From: Candidatus Omnitrophota bacterium
GTDB lineage: Bacteria; Omnitrophota; Gorgyraeia; Zapsychrales; JBDRMG01
Direction: 5' to 3'
DNA: 64,000 bases
NCBI GenBank assembly: GCA_043812495.1
Contig: JBDRMG010000047.1
Span: forward strand, 43,771 to 107,770
Position 1 is the stretch's first letter. Each line of letters begins with the position of its first letter. Below the pieces are notes generated by a model, which did no database searches, was not told the origin of the DNA, and saw only the letters and a list, made by a program, of their open reading frames with translations. Below are positions 31,167 through 41,307 of the stretch, piece by piece. The translations under genes were made by a program, and so were the position numbers.

Positions 31167-31574
31167 ATGAAAGACACTTCAGAGAAAAAAGACAAAATTC
31201 TTGTCATTGACGATGATCCCTGCATGGTCAAGCTTCTTGGGACGAGACTCTCGGCGCACGGCTTTGATGTCATCTCGGCCGAGGATGCCTCGGTCGGTCT
31301 GGAAATGGCCGTCAAGCAATCACCCAACTTGATCATCTTGGATGTGATGATGCCGCTGATCAACGGTTACAATATCTGCCGTCTCTTGAAAGAAGAAGAA
31401 AAATTGACAACACCGATTGTTATGGTCACGGGCCGCACGACAGAAGAAGATAAGAAAATCGGCCAAGAAGTCGGAGTGGATGCATATTTGACAAAACCCC
31501 TGAATACCGAACAATTGTTTTCAACCATTAACGGTTTGCTGAAGAAAGAAAAGGACCATTCTTATTTGGATTGA
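31167..31574 (+). CDS. Stand-alone response regulator receiver (CheY-like)
   Basis: KILVIDDDP…LIILDVMMP…YLTKP receiver signature. Confidence 0.8.
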   Translation: MKDTSEKKDKILVIDDDPCMVKLLGTRLSAHGFDVISAEDASVGLEMAVKQSPNLIILDVMMPLINGYNICRLLKEEEKLTTPIVMVTGRTTEEDKKIGQEVGVDAYLTKPLNTEQLFSTINGLLKKEKDHSYLD

Positions 31575-31700
31575 TCAGTATTTCATAACTTTAAGAAAGA
31601 CAAATAGATGATGGGAAAGATTGGATGGCCCAGGTTCTTTCATTCAACTTAAATATGAAAGAACCAAAGAAAACCCTACCACGTAGTTCCTGGCGATAAA

Positions 31701-33032
31701 ATGGATTCCCTAAAACCAAAACCCGAAGAGTTAGAACATTTAAGCATTGAGTCTTTGGGCCCAGCCGCCATCCCGTCGCCTTTATTAAAAAACAAAGACC
31801 ATTTTAAAAATGATACAGCCAAGGTCTTGGTTTTCTCGGAAATGCAAAGACTCGGCGAATACCAAAAAAGCGGCAAAAAATTACCCGCGTTTGAAATTGC
31901 CGGTCCCCAAGCGAAGATCTTTTTTGATCCCAAGAAGATCGCCTGCGGCATTGTTACGTGCGGCGGTTTGTGTCCGGGTCTCAATGATGTCATTCGTACC
32001 GTGGCCTTGTCGCTTCTTTGGCAATACGGAGTCAAAAAAGTTTTGGGTTTTCGTTACGGCTACAACGGTCTGTCCAAAGATCCTTTTATGCCGCCTTTGG
32101 AAATTACCCCCAAGGTTGTCGACGAAATTCAGCACGAAGGCGGGACAATTCTGGGAAGTTCGCGGGGGCCCGTGGAGCCGTCCGAAATGGTCGATACGCT
32201 TGAAAAAAATAAAATAAACATTCTCTTTGCTATCGGCGGAGACGGAACGTTTAGAGGGGCTCACACTATCTGTGAGGAAATCAAGAGACGAAAAGTTCCC
32301 CTAGCCGTGATAGGTATTCCCAAGACCATTGACAATGATATTTACGGATCCAGCCAGACATTCGGTTTTCATACCGCCGTAGGAAAGGCCCGGGAAGCGA
32401 TTTATGCGGCGCACGAAGAAGCCAAGGCCGCGTGGAACGGTATTGGCTTAGTCAAGCTCATGGGCCGGGATTCGGGCTTTATTGCCGCGCATGCCACCTT
32501 GGCCAACAGCGACGTGAATTTTTGCTTTGTTCCGGAGGTTCCTTTTTCGCTCGAAGGCGAAGACGGATTTTTGAGACTATTGGAAAAACGCCTGGAACGT
32601 AAACACCACGCCGTCATTGTTGTCTCTGAAGGCGCGGGGCAAGACCTTATCCAGAAGAAAGAGGCACCCAAGCATGACGAGTCCGGCAATATCCGCTATA
32701 AAGATATCGGCCTGTTTTTAAAAGAACATATCGAAAGCCATTTTAGAGAAAAGAAAACCCCTTTGACCCTTAAATACATTGATCCCAGCTACATGATCCG
32801 CAGTTGTCCGGCCAATGCCGAAGATTCGGCCTTTTGCCTGATGCTCGGTCAAAACGCGGTGCATGCCGGTATGAGTGGAAAGACTGACATATTTGTGGGT
32901 TTCTGGAATCAGCACTTCACGCATGTTCCATTTTCTTTGGGAATTTTAAAGAAAAAGAAATTGGACCCCTCAAGCGATTTGTGGCAGACCCTTCTGGAGA
33001 CAACCGGCCAGCAAGGCCGCTGCTGCCTGTAG
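31701..33032 (+). CDS. pfk: 6-phosphofructokinase (long, possibly PPi-dependent type)
   Basis: CGIVTCGGLCPGLNDVIR and GGDGT PFK motifs. 443 aa. Confidence 0.8.
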   Translation: MDSLKPKPEELEHLSIESLGPAAIPSPLLKNKDHFKNDTAKVLVFSEMQRLGEYQKSGKKLPAFEIAGPQAKIFFDPKKIACGIVTCGGLCPGLNDVIRTVALSLLWQYGVKKVLGFRYGYNGLSKDPFMPPLEITPKVVDEIQHEGGTILGSSRGPVEPSEMVDTLEKNKINILFAIGGDGTFRGAHTICEEIKRRKVPLAVIGIPKTIDNDIYGSSQTFGFHTAVGKAREAIYAAHEEAKAAWNGIGLVKLMGRDSGFIAAHATLANSDVNFCFVPEVPFSLEGEDGFLRLLEKRLERKHHAVIVVSEGAGQDLIQKKEAPKHDESGNIRYKDIGLFLKEHIESHFREKKTPLTLKYIDPSYMIRSCPANAEDSAFCLMLGQNAVHAGMSGKTDIFVGFWNQHFTHVPFSLGILKKKKLDPSSDLWQTLLETTGQQGRCCL

Positions 33033-33082
33033 GAAAATCAATTGACTAAAAATTTCTTTGAGAGCTTTGAGGATATTTTGAG

Positions 33083-33110
33083 TTGACAAAAATATTTTCA
33101 ATGGTATAGT
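33083..33110 (+). promoter_or_regulatory. Consensus sigma70-like promoter (TTGACA, 16 bp, TATAGT) directly upstream of repeat element copy 2
   Basis: ttgaca at 33083-33088 and tatagt at 33105-33110. Confidence 0.5.
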
Positions 33111-33122
33111 GATAATAATTTT

Positions 33123-33236
33123 ATTCTACTTCGCATAAGCAATGGAAAAATAGTATATGCTTCGTAGAATATTCTCTGCCGAATAATTCTCCGAAGCCTA
33201 TACTATCTTTCTCTATTGGTAAGGCGAAGGAGAATA
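33123..33236 (+). repeat. About 115 nt two-hairpin element (copy 2 of 3)
   Basis: About 90% identical to 18011-18126. Followed at 33299-33329 by an aaggacggcc…ggccgtcctt hairpin. Confidence 0.7.
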
Positions 33237-33298
33237 GGGCAAAGAAGCTCTAAAAAAGCGTTACGCGAACATTGATGAGGAAAGCAATTGATTATTTT

Positions 33299-33335
33299 AA
33301 GGACGGCCTTTTTAATAAGGGCCGTCCTTTCTCTT
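33299..33335. terminator. Terminator-like GC hairpin downstream of element copy 2 (orientation ambiguous)
   Basis: aaggacggcctttttaataagggccgtcctt followed by tctcttc. Confidence 0.4.
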
Positions 33336-33528
33336 CAATGAGACCATGATTTATGGAGCAAAGCGCCCGCCAATTTTTTAAATTTTTAGCGAGGTCTCGC
33401 CAATTCGATAAAATCGAATTGACGGAACATAAGTCATAAGGTCGAATTGACCCAGCCCGCCATTGATTCAGTGGCGGGCTGGGATAAAAAAAATACAAAT
33501 ATAATATTTCATCTAATAGGACAATGAT

Positions 33529-35046
33529 ATGAAAAAAATCGGTTTTGATAATGAAAAATATTTGAAAGAGCAGGCGCAAGCCATTTTGGAGAGGGTCAAG
33601 CAGTTTGACAATAAACTCTATCTGGAGTTCGGCGGTAAGCTTTTGTTTGATTATCATGCGGCTCGTGTTTTGCCGGGATTTGACCCCAATGTCAAGATGC
33701 GGTTGTTGAAGCAGCTCAAAAATGATGCGGATATTATTTTATGTATTTATGCGGGGGATATCGAACGAAAGAAAGTCCGTGCCGATTTTGGAATTACCTA
33801 TGATGCGGATGCCTTGAAATTGATCGATGATTTAAGAGACTGGGGCATTGATGTCTGCGCGGTTGTGATTACGCGCTTTGAGAATCAACCCGCCGCGACC
33901 ATTTTCAAAAATAAATTACAACGCCAGGGCACCAAGGTCTATACGCATCCGTTTACAAAAGGATATCCGACGGATGTCGATCTGATTGTCAGCGAGCAGG
34001 GTTACGGCGCCAACGAATACATCAAAACAAAACACGGCTTGGTCATTGTGACAGGCCCCGGGCCGGGAAGCGGAAAACTCGCGACTTGCCTGTCCCAGAT
34101 TTACCATGAATATCAAAAAGGCGTCAAAGCCGGTTATGCAAAATTCGAAACATTTCCCATCTGGAACTTGCCTTTAAAACATCCGGTGAATGTCGCTTAT
34201 GAATGCGCCACGGCCGATATTAAAGATTTCAACATGATCGATTCGTTCCACTTGGAAGCTTATCATCAAACAACGGTCAACTATAACCGGGACGTCGAAG
34301 TCTTTCCGGTCTTAAAAAGAATTCTAACTAAAATCATGGGCGAGGATGCGGTTTATAAATCTCCGACGGATATGGGGGTTAATCGGGCCGGTTTTGGCAT
34401 CATTGATGATGAGGCTATTCGCGAAGCATCCAAACAGGAAGCGATCAGGCGATATTTTAAATACGGCTGCGAATATTCCATGGGTTTGGTGGATAAGGAA
34501 ACCGTTGAACGCGCAGAATTATTGATGAAGGAAATGGGCGTTGCTATCGAAAACCGAACAGTTGTAAAGCCTGCGCGAGAGGCCGCCGAACAAGCTCGAG
34601 AAAAAGGAAAAGGAAACGAAGGCATTTTCTGCGGAGCCGCCATAGAGTTGCGTGACGGAAAGATTATCACGGGGAAGAATTCGCCTCTGATGCACGCGGC
34701 CTCCAGTCTCATCCTCAATGCCCTCAAGGACCTGGCCGAAATTCCGGACAAAATCCATCTATTGTCGGAAAATATTATCGGGTCCATATCCAACCTTAAG
34801 AAAGATGTGCTCAAGGCCAAAACATTGAGTTTAGACTTAGACGAAGCCTTGATCAGCCTCAGCATCAGCGCGGCCACCAATTCCACCTCTCAGTTAGCGA
34901 TAGAAAAATTAAAGGAATTGCAGGGATGCGAGGTTCACATTACGCATGTTCCGACGCCGGGTGATGAAGCAGGCTTAAGGCGACTCGGCGTGAATCTGAC
35001 CTGTGATACCAATTTTACGTCCAAAAGTTTTTTTGAAATCTCCTAA
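33529..35046 (+). CDS. DUF1846 / UPF0371-family protein
   Basis: 505 aa. The N-terminus [15 protein letters not shown]… and size are typical of UPF0371 proteins. Confidence 0.6.
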   Translation: MKKIGFDNEKYLKEQAQAILERVKQFDNKLYLEFGGKLLFDYHAARVLPGFDPNVKMRLLKQLKNDADIILCIYAGDIERKKVRADFGITYDADALKLIDDLRDWGIDVCAVVITRFENQPAATIFKNKLQRQGTKVYTHPFTKGYPTDVDLIVSEQGYGANEYIKTKHGLVIVTGPGPGSGKLATCLSQIYHEYQKGVKAGYAKFETFPIWNLPLKHPVNVAYECATADIKDFNMIDSFHLEAYHQTTVNYNRDVEVFPVLKRILTKIMGEDAVYKSPTDMGVNRAGFGIIDDEAIREASKQEAIRRYFKYGCEYSMGLVDKETVERAELLMKEMGVAIENRTVVKPAREAAEQAREKGKGNEGIFCGAAIELRDGKIITGKNSPLMHAASSLILNALKDLAEIPDKIHLLSENIIGSISNLKKDVLKAKTLSLDLDEALISLSISAATNSTSQLAIEKLKELQGCEVHITHVPTPGDEAGLRRLGVNLTCDTNFTSKSFFEIS

Positions 35047-35269
35047 TCGACAACTGTAATGAAATATTATAATTGTATTTGCTTAATCCCCAGCCCGCCA
35101 CTGAATCAATAGCGGGCGGTGTCAATTCGGCCTTATGACTTATGTCGTCCGCCACAGAAACAATGGCGGACTCCATAAATCATGGCCTCATCGATAAGCG
35201 AAAGAGGAAGATATGCCAAGACGCAATGATATTCACAAAGTGCTTATAATCGGATCGGGACCCATTATT
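35011..35269 (+). repeat. Direct repeat copy 1 (about 258 bp): DUF1846 3' end, intergenic REPs and the first 19 codons of carB
   Basis: Near-identical to 37494-37751. It carries one extra T near its left end and synonymous differences in the carB codons. Confidence 0.85.
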
Positions 35270-35275
35270 CAGAAG
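35213..35275 (+). pseudogene. carB 5' fragment (MPRRNDIHKVLIIGSGPIIQK, then stop) left at the left junction of the insert
   Basis: Identical peptide to the carB1 N-terminus at 37695, but the nucleotides differ synonymously. It terminates at the repeat boundary. Confidence 0.7.
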
Positions 35276-35771
35276 TAAGTTATATAAATCCTGGAGAAAC
35301 GGTGAAATTTCCGGTTGTGAATCCCTTTAATTATGAAAAGTTTAAAAATGAAACAGCCACTATAGTATGTACTTTAGGAGCGTTGTTTAATAGAGTGACA
35401 ATAGTTTTGAAACCCCTGCCAGAAGTGCAAAACACCTCTACAAACGAAAAGTAAATTTATAGTATTCCCCTATGATCGGAAAATTGATCATGGCCGTTTT
35501 TCTACCTGTATACAGAGAGTCTTTCCGTTGCTCCGTATTTCTGGGCGTCCTGAGCGGAGACACCTCTCAAATTTTATAAGAGCTGTATACAAAGATGGAG
35601 TCACTCATCGAATATTTCTGCCCGTTCTGATCAAACATGCCCGTTTAATCAAGAGGATTTTTTAACATAGAAATAGCCTTTTTTAAAATTGTCACAGAGA
35701 GATGGGATAGAACTTCTTATAAAATTAAGATTTAATAGGTTTGGCATGATATTATTTGTTGTATATGTTAA

Positions 35772-36062
35772 GTGAGGAAATCATTTAGTAAAATGATTTT
35801 GGTTGTTTTATTATTTTTCAGCTTTTCTCTACAAGCTTTTGCTTCACCGAAGGATAGTCAGGAATATCTTGAACGCCAAACAATTTTTAATAATGTAACA
35901 GATTTTTTTGCTACTATTGGTGAATCAAAAGAAAAGAGAATAGTAATCAAAAGAGCAAAATGGCTAGCAAGACGAAAAGCACGTCTAAAGAAAGCCAGAG
36001 AGGAACAAAGAAAAAGTGAGATAGATGTTTTATCAATCAGTAGTATAATAAATTGGATTTAA
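35772..36062 (+). CDS. Small secreted protein with a Lys/Arg-rich C-terminal region
   Basis: Signal peptide (MILVVLLFFSFSLQAFA). 96 aa. Confidence 0.4.
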   Translation: MRKSFSKMILVVLLFFSFSLQAFASPKDSQEYLERQTIFNNVTDFFATIGESKEKRIVIKRAKWLARRKARLKKAREEQRKSEIDVLSISSIINWI

Positions 36063-36104
36063 AGGATGTCGTTTTATCTCTTGAAAACCTAACAGTATAG
36101 ACAT

Positions 36105-37268
36105 ATGGAAGAATTCATTTTTGATTTAAGTGTTGTTCTCGTTGGTGCAGCTATTTTATCCTTCTTGGCTGTTATCTTAAAGCAACCAATAATAATTGCT
36201 TATATCGTATGCGGAGTATTGGTTGGTCCTTGGGGAATCGGTTTGATTAAACATGCCGAATTTATAGAGATGATTGCACATCTTGGAATAACATTGCTTC
36301 TTTTTCTGGCAGGGCTTTGTTTGCATCCTCAAAAACTCGTCATGTTATTTAAAAAAACCACACTTGTTACTCTCGGCAACTGTTTAGCCTCGTTTCTTAT
36401 AGCCTTTCTTTTTGCTCTCATATTCCGTTTTGGAATTATGGATAGCCTCTGCATAGGTCTTGCGTTAATGTTTTCGAGTACTATATTAACTGTCAAGTTA
36501 CTTCCCACAACGAAGTTGCACCAGCAGAGAATGGGTGCTGTTTGCATAGGTATTTTGATTATGCAGGATTTATTGGCTATATCTGTGCTTGCGTTTATTC
36601 GGTGTTTAGATGCACCTCAAGGGGTCATGATTAACTTTGGTTTACTGATTATTAAGCTTTGTGTATTTATCGGAATTTTAGTTTTATTTGAACAATTTGT
36701 ACTAAGAAAAATTATGCATAAGGTCGAACGTTTTCATGAAGCGTTATTTATATTGGGATTGGCATGGTGTTTTGGGATAGCAAGCATTTCAAACCACATG
36801 GGACTTTTTTATGAAACAGGGGCCTTTTTTGCTGGCGTCGTATTAGCTAGGCACCGAATTTCGCTATTTATATCTGAAAGCTTGAAACCGCTGAGAGATT
36901 TTTTCTTAGTACTGTTTTTCTTTACTTTGGGAGCAAGGCTCGATTTTCTGGTGATGAAAGGTATCTTGATTCCAGCGGTACTCTTAGCGACGGTATTTTT
37001 AGTTATTAAACCATGGCTATTTAAAAAGTTCTTTATATTAACTGGCGAACAGACTGCTTTTGCCAAGGAAGCTGGAATACGGCTAGGGCAATTGAGTGAA
37101 TTTTCTTTATTAGTTGCGCTTTTAGCATTTGAATTAGGCCATATAAGTAGCGGTGCATCTCAACTCATTCAACTCGTCACCATTCTTACCTTTATAGCTT
37201 CAAGCTATATTGTGGTCTTCAAATATCCTACTCCAATTGGGGCAACAGAGAATTTGATTAAGGATTGA
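36105..37268 (+). CDS. Cation/proton antiporter (CPA family, Na+/H+ exchanger-like)
   Basis: Polytopic membrane protein with a GVLVGPWGIGLI-type motif and the TM topology of Na_H exchanger-family proteins. Confidence 0.65.
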   Translation: MEEFIFDLSVVLVGAAILSFLAVILKQPIIIAYIVCGVLVGPWGIGLIKHAEFIEMIAHLGITLLLFLAGLCLHPQKLVMLFKKTTLVTLGNCLASFLIAFLFALIFRFGIMDSLCIGLALMFSSTILTVKLLPTTKLHQQRMGAVCIGILIMQDLLAISVLAFIRCLDAPQGVMINFGLLIIKLCVFIGILVLFEQFVLRKIMHKVERFHEALFILGLAWCFGIASISNHMGLFYETGAFFAGVVLARHRISLFISESLKPLRDFFLVLFFFTLGARLDFLVMKGILIPAVLLATVFLVIKPWLFKKFFILTGEQTAFAKEAGIRLGQLSEFSLLVALLAFELGHISSGASQLIQLVTILTFIASSYIVVFKYPTPIGATENLIKD

Positions 37269-37493
37269 TTCTTTTCGTCAATGTCCACATATTATAGAAT
37301 GGACAACTTTAATTGATTATATATCAAACAGTTATAGTATTTTTATATAGAAAGATATGGACAAATAGGACAAAAATTACGAGGGAATTGCCTCTTTGAA
37401 AACCAAAAGTTCTTGCCATTAAGAGTAATTGTCAATATAATAACCCTACTGTAGGGTGAGAGGTTTCCCCTCATGAAATCTGAGAGGGACCCT

Positions 37494-37751
37494 AATTTTA
37501 CGTCCAAAAGTTTTTTGAAATCTCCTAATCGACAACTGTAATGAAATATTATAATTGTATTTGCTTAATCCCCAGCCCGCCACTGAATCAATAGCGGGCG
37601 GTGTCAATTCGGCTTTATGACTTATGTCGTCCGCCACAGAAACAATGGCGGACTCCATAAATCATGGCCTCATCGATAAGCGAAAGAGGAAGATATGCCA
37701 AGACGCAATGATATTCACAAAGTTCTCATTATCGGATCAGGCCCCATTATT
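37494..37751 (+). repeat. Direct repeat copy 2 (about 258 bp), providing the intact carB1 start
   Basis: See copy 1. Confidence 0.85.
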
Positions 37752-40700
37752 ATCGGTCAGGCCTGTGAATTTGATTATTCCGGGACCCAGGCCTGCAAGG
37801 CCCTTAAGGAAGAAGGGTATGAAGTTATTCTGGTCAATTCCAATCCCGCGACCATTATGACCGATCCGGGCATGGCCGATAAAACATATATTCAGCCTCT
37901 AACGGTTGATAGCCTTGAGAAGATTATCGAAAAAGAACGACCCGACGCGCTCCTTCCTAATTTGGGAGGACAGACAGGATTAAATCTTTCCTCTAGCCTC
38001 TACAAGGCTGGCATTTTGGATAAGTACGGCGTTCAGATTATCGGCGTTAAACCCGATGCCATCGAACGCGGTGAAGATCGCATTGCCTTTAAAGAAACCA
38101 TGAAAAAGCTTGGTATTGAGCTTCCGAAATCTGAGGCTTGTCATTCAGTTGAAGAGGCCGAGAAAATTGCCGAAATGCTCGGTTACCCCGTTGTGTTAAG
38201 ACCGGCTTATACTCTTGGCGGCACAGGTGGTGGCATGGCCTATAACGTCGAAGAGTTGCGCACAATTGTCACGCGGGGCTTAAACGCGAGCCTTGTGCGC
38301 CAGGTCTTGGTGGAAGAATCCGTACTCGGCTGGGAAGAGTTGGAGCTGGAAGTTGTGCGCGATGAGAAGAATCAAAAGATCACGGTTTGTTTTATTGAAA
38401 ATATTGATGCCATGGGCGTTCATACGGGCGATAGTTTCTGCGCGGCGCCTATGCTGACGGTTCCTAAGCCCCTTCAGAACAAGATGCAAGAGTTATCTTA
38501 CCGAATCGTTGATGCGATCGGCGTGGTGGGCGGGACCAATATCCAATTTGCCCACAATCTCAAGGATGATCGTTTGGTTGTGATCGAGATCAATCCAAGA
38601 ACATCGCGTTCTTCCGCGCTGGCCTCGAAGGCCACGGGTTTTCCAATTGCGCGGATTTCTACAAAATTAGCCGCGGGTCTGACCATGGATGAAATTCCTT
38701 ACTGGAAAGAAGGAACTCTTGAAAAATATGCCCCCAGCGGTGATTATGTGGTCATCAAGTTTGCCCGTTGGGCCTTTGAGAAATTTCCTCAAGCCAAAGA
38801 TGTTCTTGGTACGCAGATGAGGGCGGTGGGTGAGGTCATGAGTATCGGGAAAACCTTCAAAGAGGCTTTTCAGAAATCGATTCGTTCTCTTGAGATCAAT
38901 CGCTATGGTTTGGGCAGTGCCAAAAATTTCAAGCAATTGTCTTTGGATGAGCTCAAAAAAAGACTTGCCAATCCGTCGAGCGAGCGCATCTTTCTCATAT
39001 ACGAAGCCCTGCGTAAAGGCATAAATATTGAAGAGCTTTATCAAATGACGTATATCGGCCGGTGGTTTATTAAAGAGATGAAAGAGCTTGTTGACTATGA
39101 AGAAGAGATGCTTGCGTGTGGATGGAATAAGCTGTCGGACGAGAAGCTTAAGAAGGCCAAAGAATGGGGATTTGCCGATCGTTATCTCGCGAAGCTTTTT
39201 GGGATTAAGGAAAAAGACGTGAGACAGCGACGGATAAAAATCGGTAAACATGGTCGTTTTGAAGCGGTGCCGGTAAGCGGCGTGGAAAACGCGGCCTATT
39301 ATTATTCCACCTATATTGCCGAAGATTCTGTTCCCGTATCATCCAATAAGAAGATTATGATTTTAGGCGGCGGACCCAACCGTATCGGCCAGGGCATTGA
39401 ATTCGACTATACCTGCGTGCATGCGGCCTTTGCCTTGCGCGATGAAGGCTATGAATCGATTATGGTCAACTGCAATCCGGAAACGGTTTCTACGGATTAT
39501 GATACGTCCAACAAATTATACTTTGAACCTCTGACCATCGAAGACGTTCTAACGATTTATCACAAAGAAAAGCCCGAAGGCGTGATTGTCCAGTTCGGCG
39601 GTCAAACACCTTTGAATATTGCTCAGGAACTGAAAGATAACGGTGTTCAAATCCTTGGGACAAGCCCTGAAAGCATTCATTTTGCCGAAGACAGAGAACG
39701 TTTCCGCGAGAAAATGATTGAACTCAATATTCCTCAGCCGGAAAGCGGAACAGCCCGTTCGTTGGACCAGGCCATCAAGATCGCTAACAAAATAGGTTAT
39801 CCTCTGATGGTTCGGCCTTCTTATGTATTGGGCGGGCGCGGCATGGAAGTCATTTATGACGAACCCATGCTGAAGAAATATGCCCTGGAAGCGATCGAAG
39901 TGAGCCCCGATCATCCTATGCTCATCGACCGTTTTCTTGAACACGCCATCGAAACGGAAGTCGACGCCCTGTGTGACGGCCAGGAAACCTTTGTGGCCGC
40001 CGTTATGGAACACATTGAATTGGCCGGTGTCCATTCCGGCGATTCGGCTTGTTCTATTCCGACGCGTAACATCCCGGAAAAACACCTTAAGACCATAGAA
40101 GAGTATACGGTAAAGATCGCCAAGGCCTTAGGGGTCGTCGGTCTGACCAATATTCAGTATGCGATTTGCGACGACAAGGTCTATATCTTGGAAGCCAATC
40201 CCCGCGCTTCAAGAACGGTTCCGCTGGTCTCCAAAATCATGGGTGTTCCGATCGCAAGAATCGCGACCCAGCTTATGCTCGGCAAGAAGCTTAAGGACTT
40301 TCCTGAAATCAGAAATCTCAAAGCTCCCTTTTTCGGCGTTAAAGAAGCCGTTTTCCCTTTCAACATGTTTCCCGAAGTTGATCCGATTCTTGGGCCGGAG
40401 ATGAGGGCGACAGGTGAAGTGATGGGCATGGGCGATTCCTTCGGCATGGCGTTCTTCAAAGCCCAGGAATCAACCCCGGCCAAACTTCCCGTTGAAGGCA
40501 ATGTCTTATTGACGGTAACCGATAAAGATAAACAAGCCCTGCTTCCCATTGCCAAAAGAATCGAAAAATTAGGTTTCACGATTTATACTACCGAAGGAAC
40601 CGGCCGGTTTTTGGATGAAAACAAAGTTAAGAACACGCGCATCAAAAAATTACACGAAGGACGACCCAATATTTTGGATGCGATCAAAAACAATGAATTG

Positions 40701-40940
40701 CACTTGATTATCAACACGCCGATTGGCAAGGAAAGCAAATACGATGATAGCTATATCCGGATGATGGCGATTCAAAAGAAAATTCCTTATGTCACATCGA
40801 TCGCTGCAGCCGAAGCTAGCGTCGAGGGTATTGAGGCCGTTAAAAAAGGTGACATTGCCCCCAAATGCCTTCAGGACTATCATAGGTCTTCGGTTCAAAA
40901 GACGAAGAAAAAGCCTTGTCAAGCTTGCGGCGCAAAATAG
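37695..40940 (+). CDS. carB: Carbamoyl-phosphate synthase large subunit, paralog 1
   Basis: 1081 aa. Duplicated ATP-grasp halves and an MGS-like C-terminus. The N-terminus is [30 protein letters not shown]. Confidence 0.9.
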   Translation: MPRRNDIHKVLIIGSGPIIIGQACEFDYSGTQACKALKEEGYEVILVNSNPATIMTDPGMADKTYIQPLTVDSLEKIIEKERPDALLPNLGGQTGLNLSSSLYKAGILDKYGVQIIGVKPDAIERGEDRIAFKETMKKLGIELPKSEACHSVEEAEKIAEMLGYPVVLRPAYTLGGTGGGMAYNVEELRTIVTRGLNASLVRQVLVEESVLGWEELELEVVRDEKNQKITVCFIENIDAMGVHTGDSFCAAPMLTVPKPLQNKMQELSYRIVDAIGVVGGTNIQFAHNLKDDRLVVIEINPRTSRSSALASKATGFPIARISTKLAAGLTMDEIPYWKEGTLEKYAPSGDYVVIKFARWAFEKFPQAKDVLGTQMRAVGEVMSIGKTFKEAFQKSIRSLEINRYGLGSAKNFKQLSLDELKKRLANPSSERIFLIYEALRKGINIEELYQMTYIGRWFIKEMKELVDYEEEMLACGWNKLSDEKLKKAKEWGFADRYLAKLFGIKEKDVRQRRIKIGKHGRFEAVPVSGVENAAYYYSTYIAEDSVPVSSNKKIMILGGGPNRIGQGIEFDYTCVHAAFALRDEGYESIMVNCNPETVSTDYDTSNKLYFEPLTIEDVLTIYHKEKPEGVIVQFGGQTPLNIAQELKDNGVQILGTSPESIHFAEDRERFREKMIELNIPQPESGTARSLDQAIKIANKIGYPLMVRPSYVLGGRGMEVIYDEPMLKKYALEAIEVSPDHPMLIDRFLEHAIETEVDALCDGQETFVAAVMEHIELAGVHSGDSACSIPTRNIPEKHLKTIEEYTVKIAKALGVVGLTNIQYAICDDKVYILEANPRASRTVPLVSKIMGVPIARIATQLMLGKKLKDFPEIRNLKAPFFGVKEAVFPFNMFPEVDPILGPEMRATGEVMGMGDSFGMAFFKAQESTPAKLPVEGNVLLTVTDKDKQALLPIAKRIEKLGFTIYTTEGTGRFLDENKVKNTRIKKLHEGRPNILDAIKNNELHLIINTPIGKESKYDDSYIRMMAIQKKIPYVTSIAAAEASVEGIEAVKKGDIAPKCLQDYHRSSVQKTKKKPCQACGAK

Positions 40941-41307
40941 AATTTGAAAATCATAGAGTCTTCAATGGCCTGGAGCCGAAAAGTATCTTGACAACCCACA
41001 AGCGTAATTGTATACTGCCTTCAGGTTAAACAAAATTTTTGCTGAACGAGCCCACGCGTGATAAGGAAAGTGATTCTGGGCGTTGAAGTCCGGCTTTACC
41101 GCCAAGGTATTGTCGGATTTTTTATTGGTTCGACTCGCTTTGTCCTTCGACAAACTCAGGTTCCGCTCGCTCACCACACTCGGAAAATGAATACCACGGG
41201 CATGCCCGTGGATGGATACCGATTCTCGAAGGGTCGATCGAAGATTGAAAAGAAATTAATCAGGGACCACGGGCATGCCCGTGGGGATCCAGGGAAAAAA
41301 TAGAACG

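Larger units (their letters stand above)
35270..37493. mobile_element. About 2.2 kb low-GC insert between the direct repeats (integrated cassette or island remnant; no integrase in it)
   Basis: Bounded by the 258 bp repeats and AT-rich. Contains about 500 bp of noncoding DNA, a small secreted protein gene and a cation/proton antiporter gene. Confidence 0.6.

Noticed and set aside
35213-35275. Treating the 21-codon carB-like ORF as a functional small gene
   Set aside because: It is the duplicated carB start truncated at the repeat boundary. It is a junction remnant.
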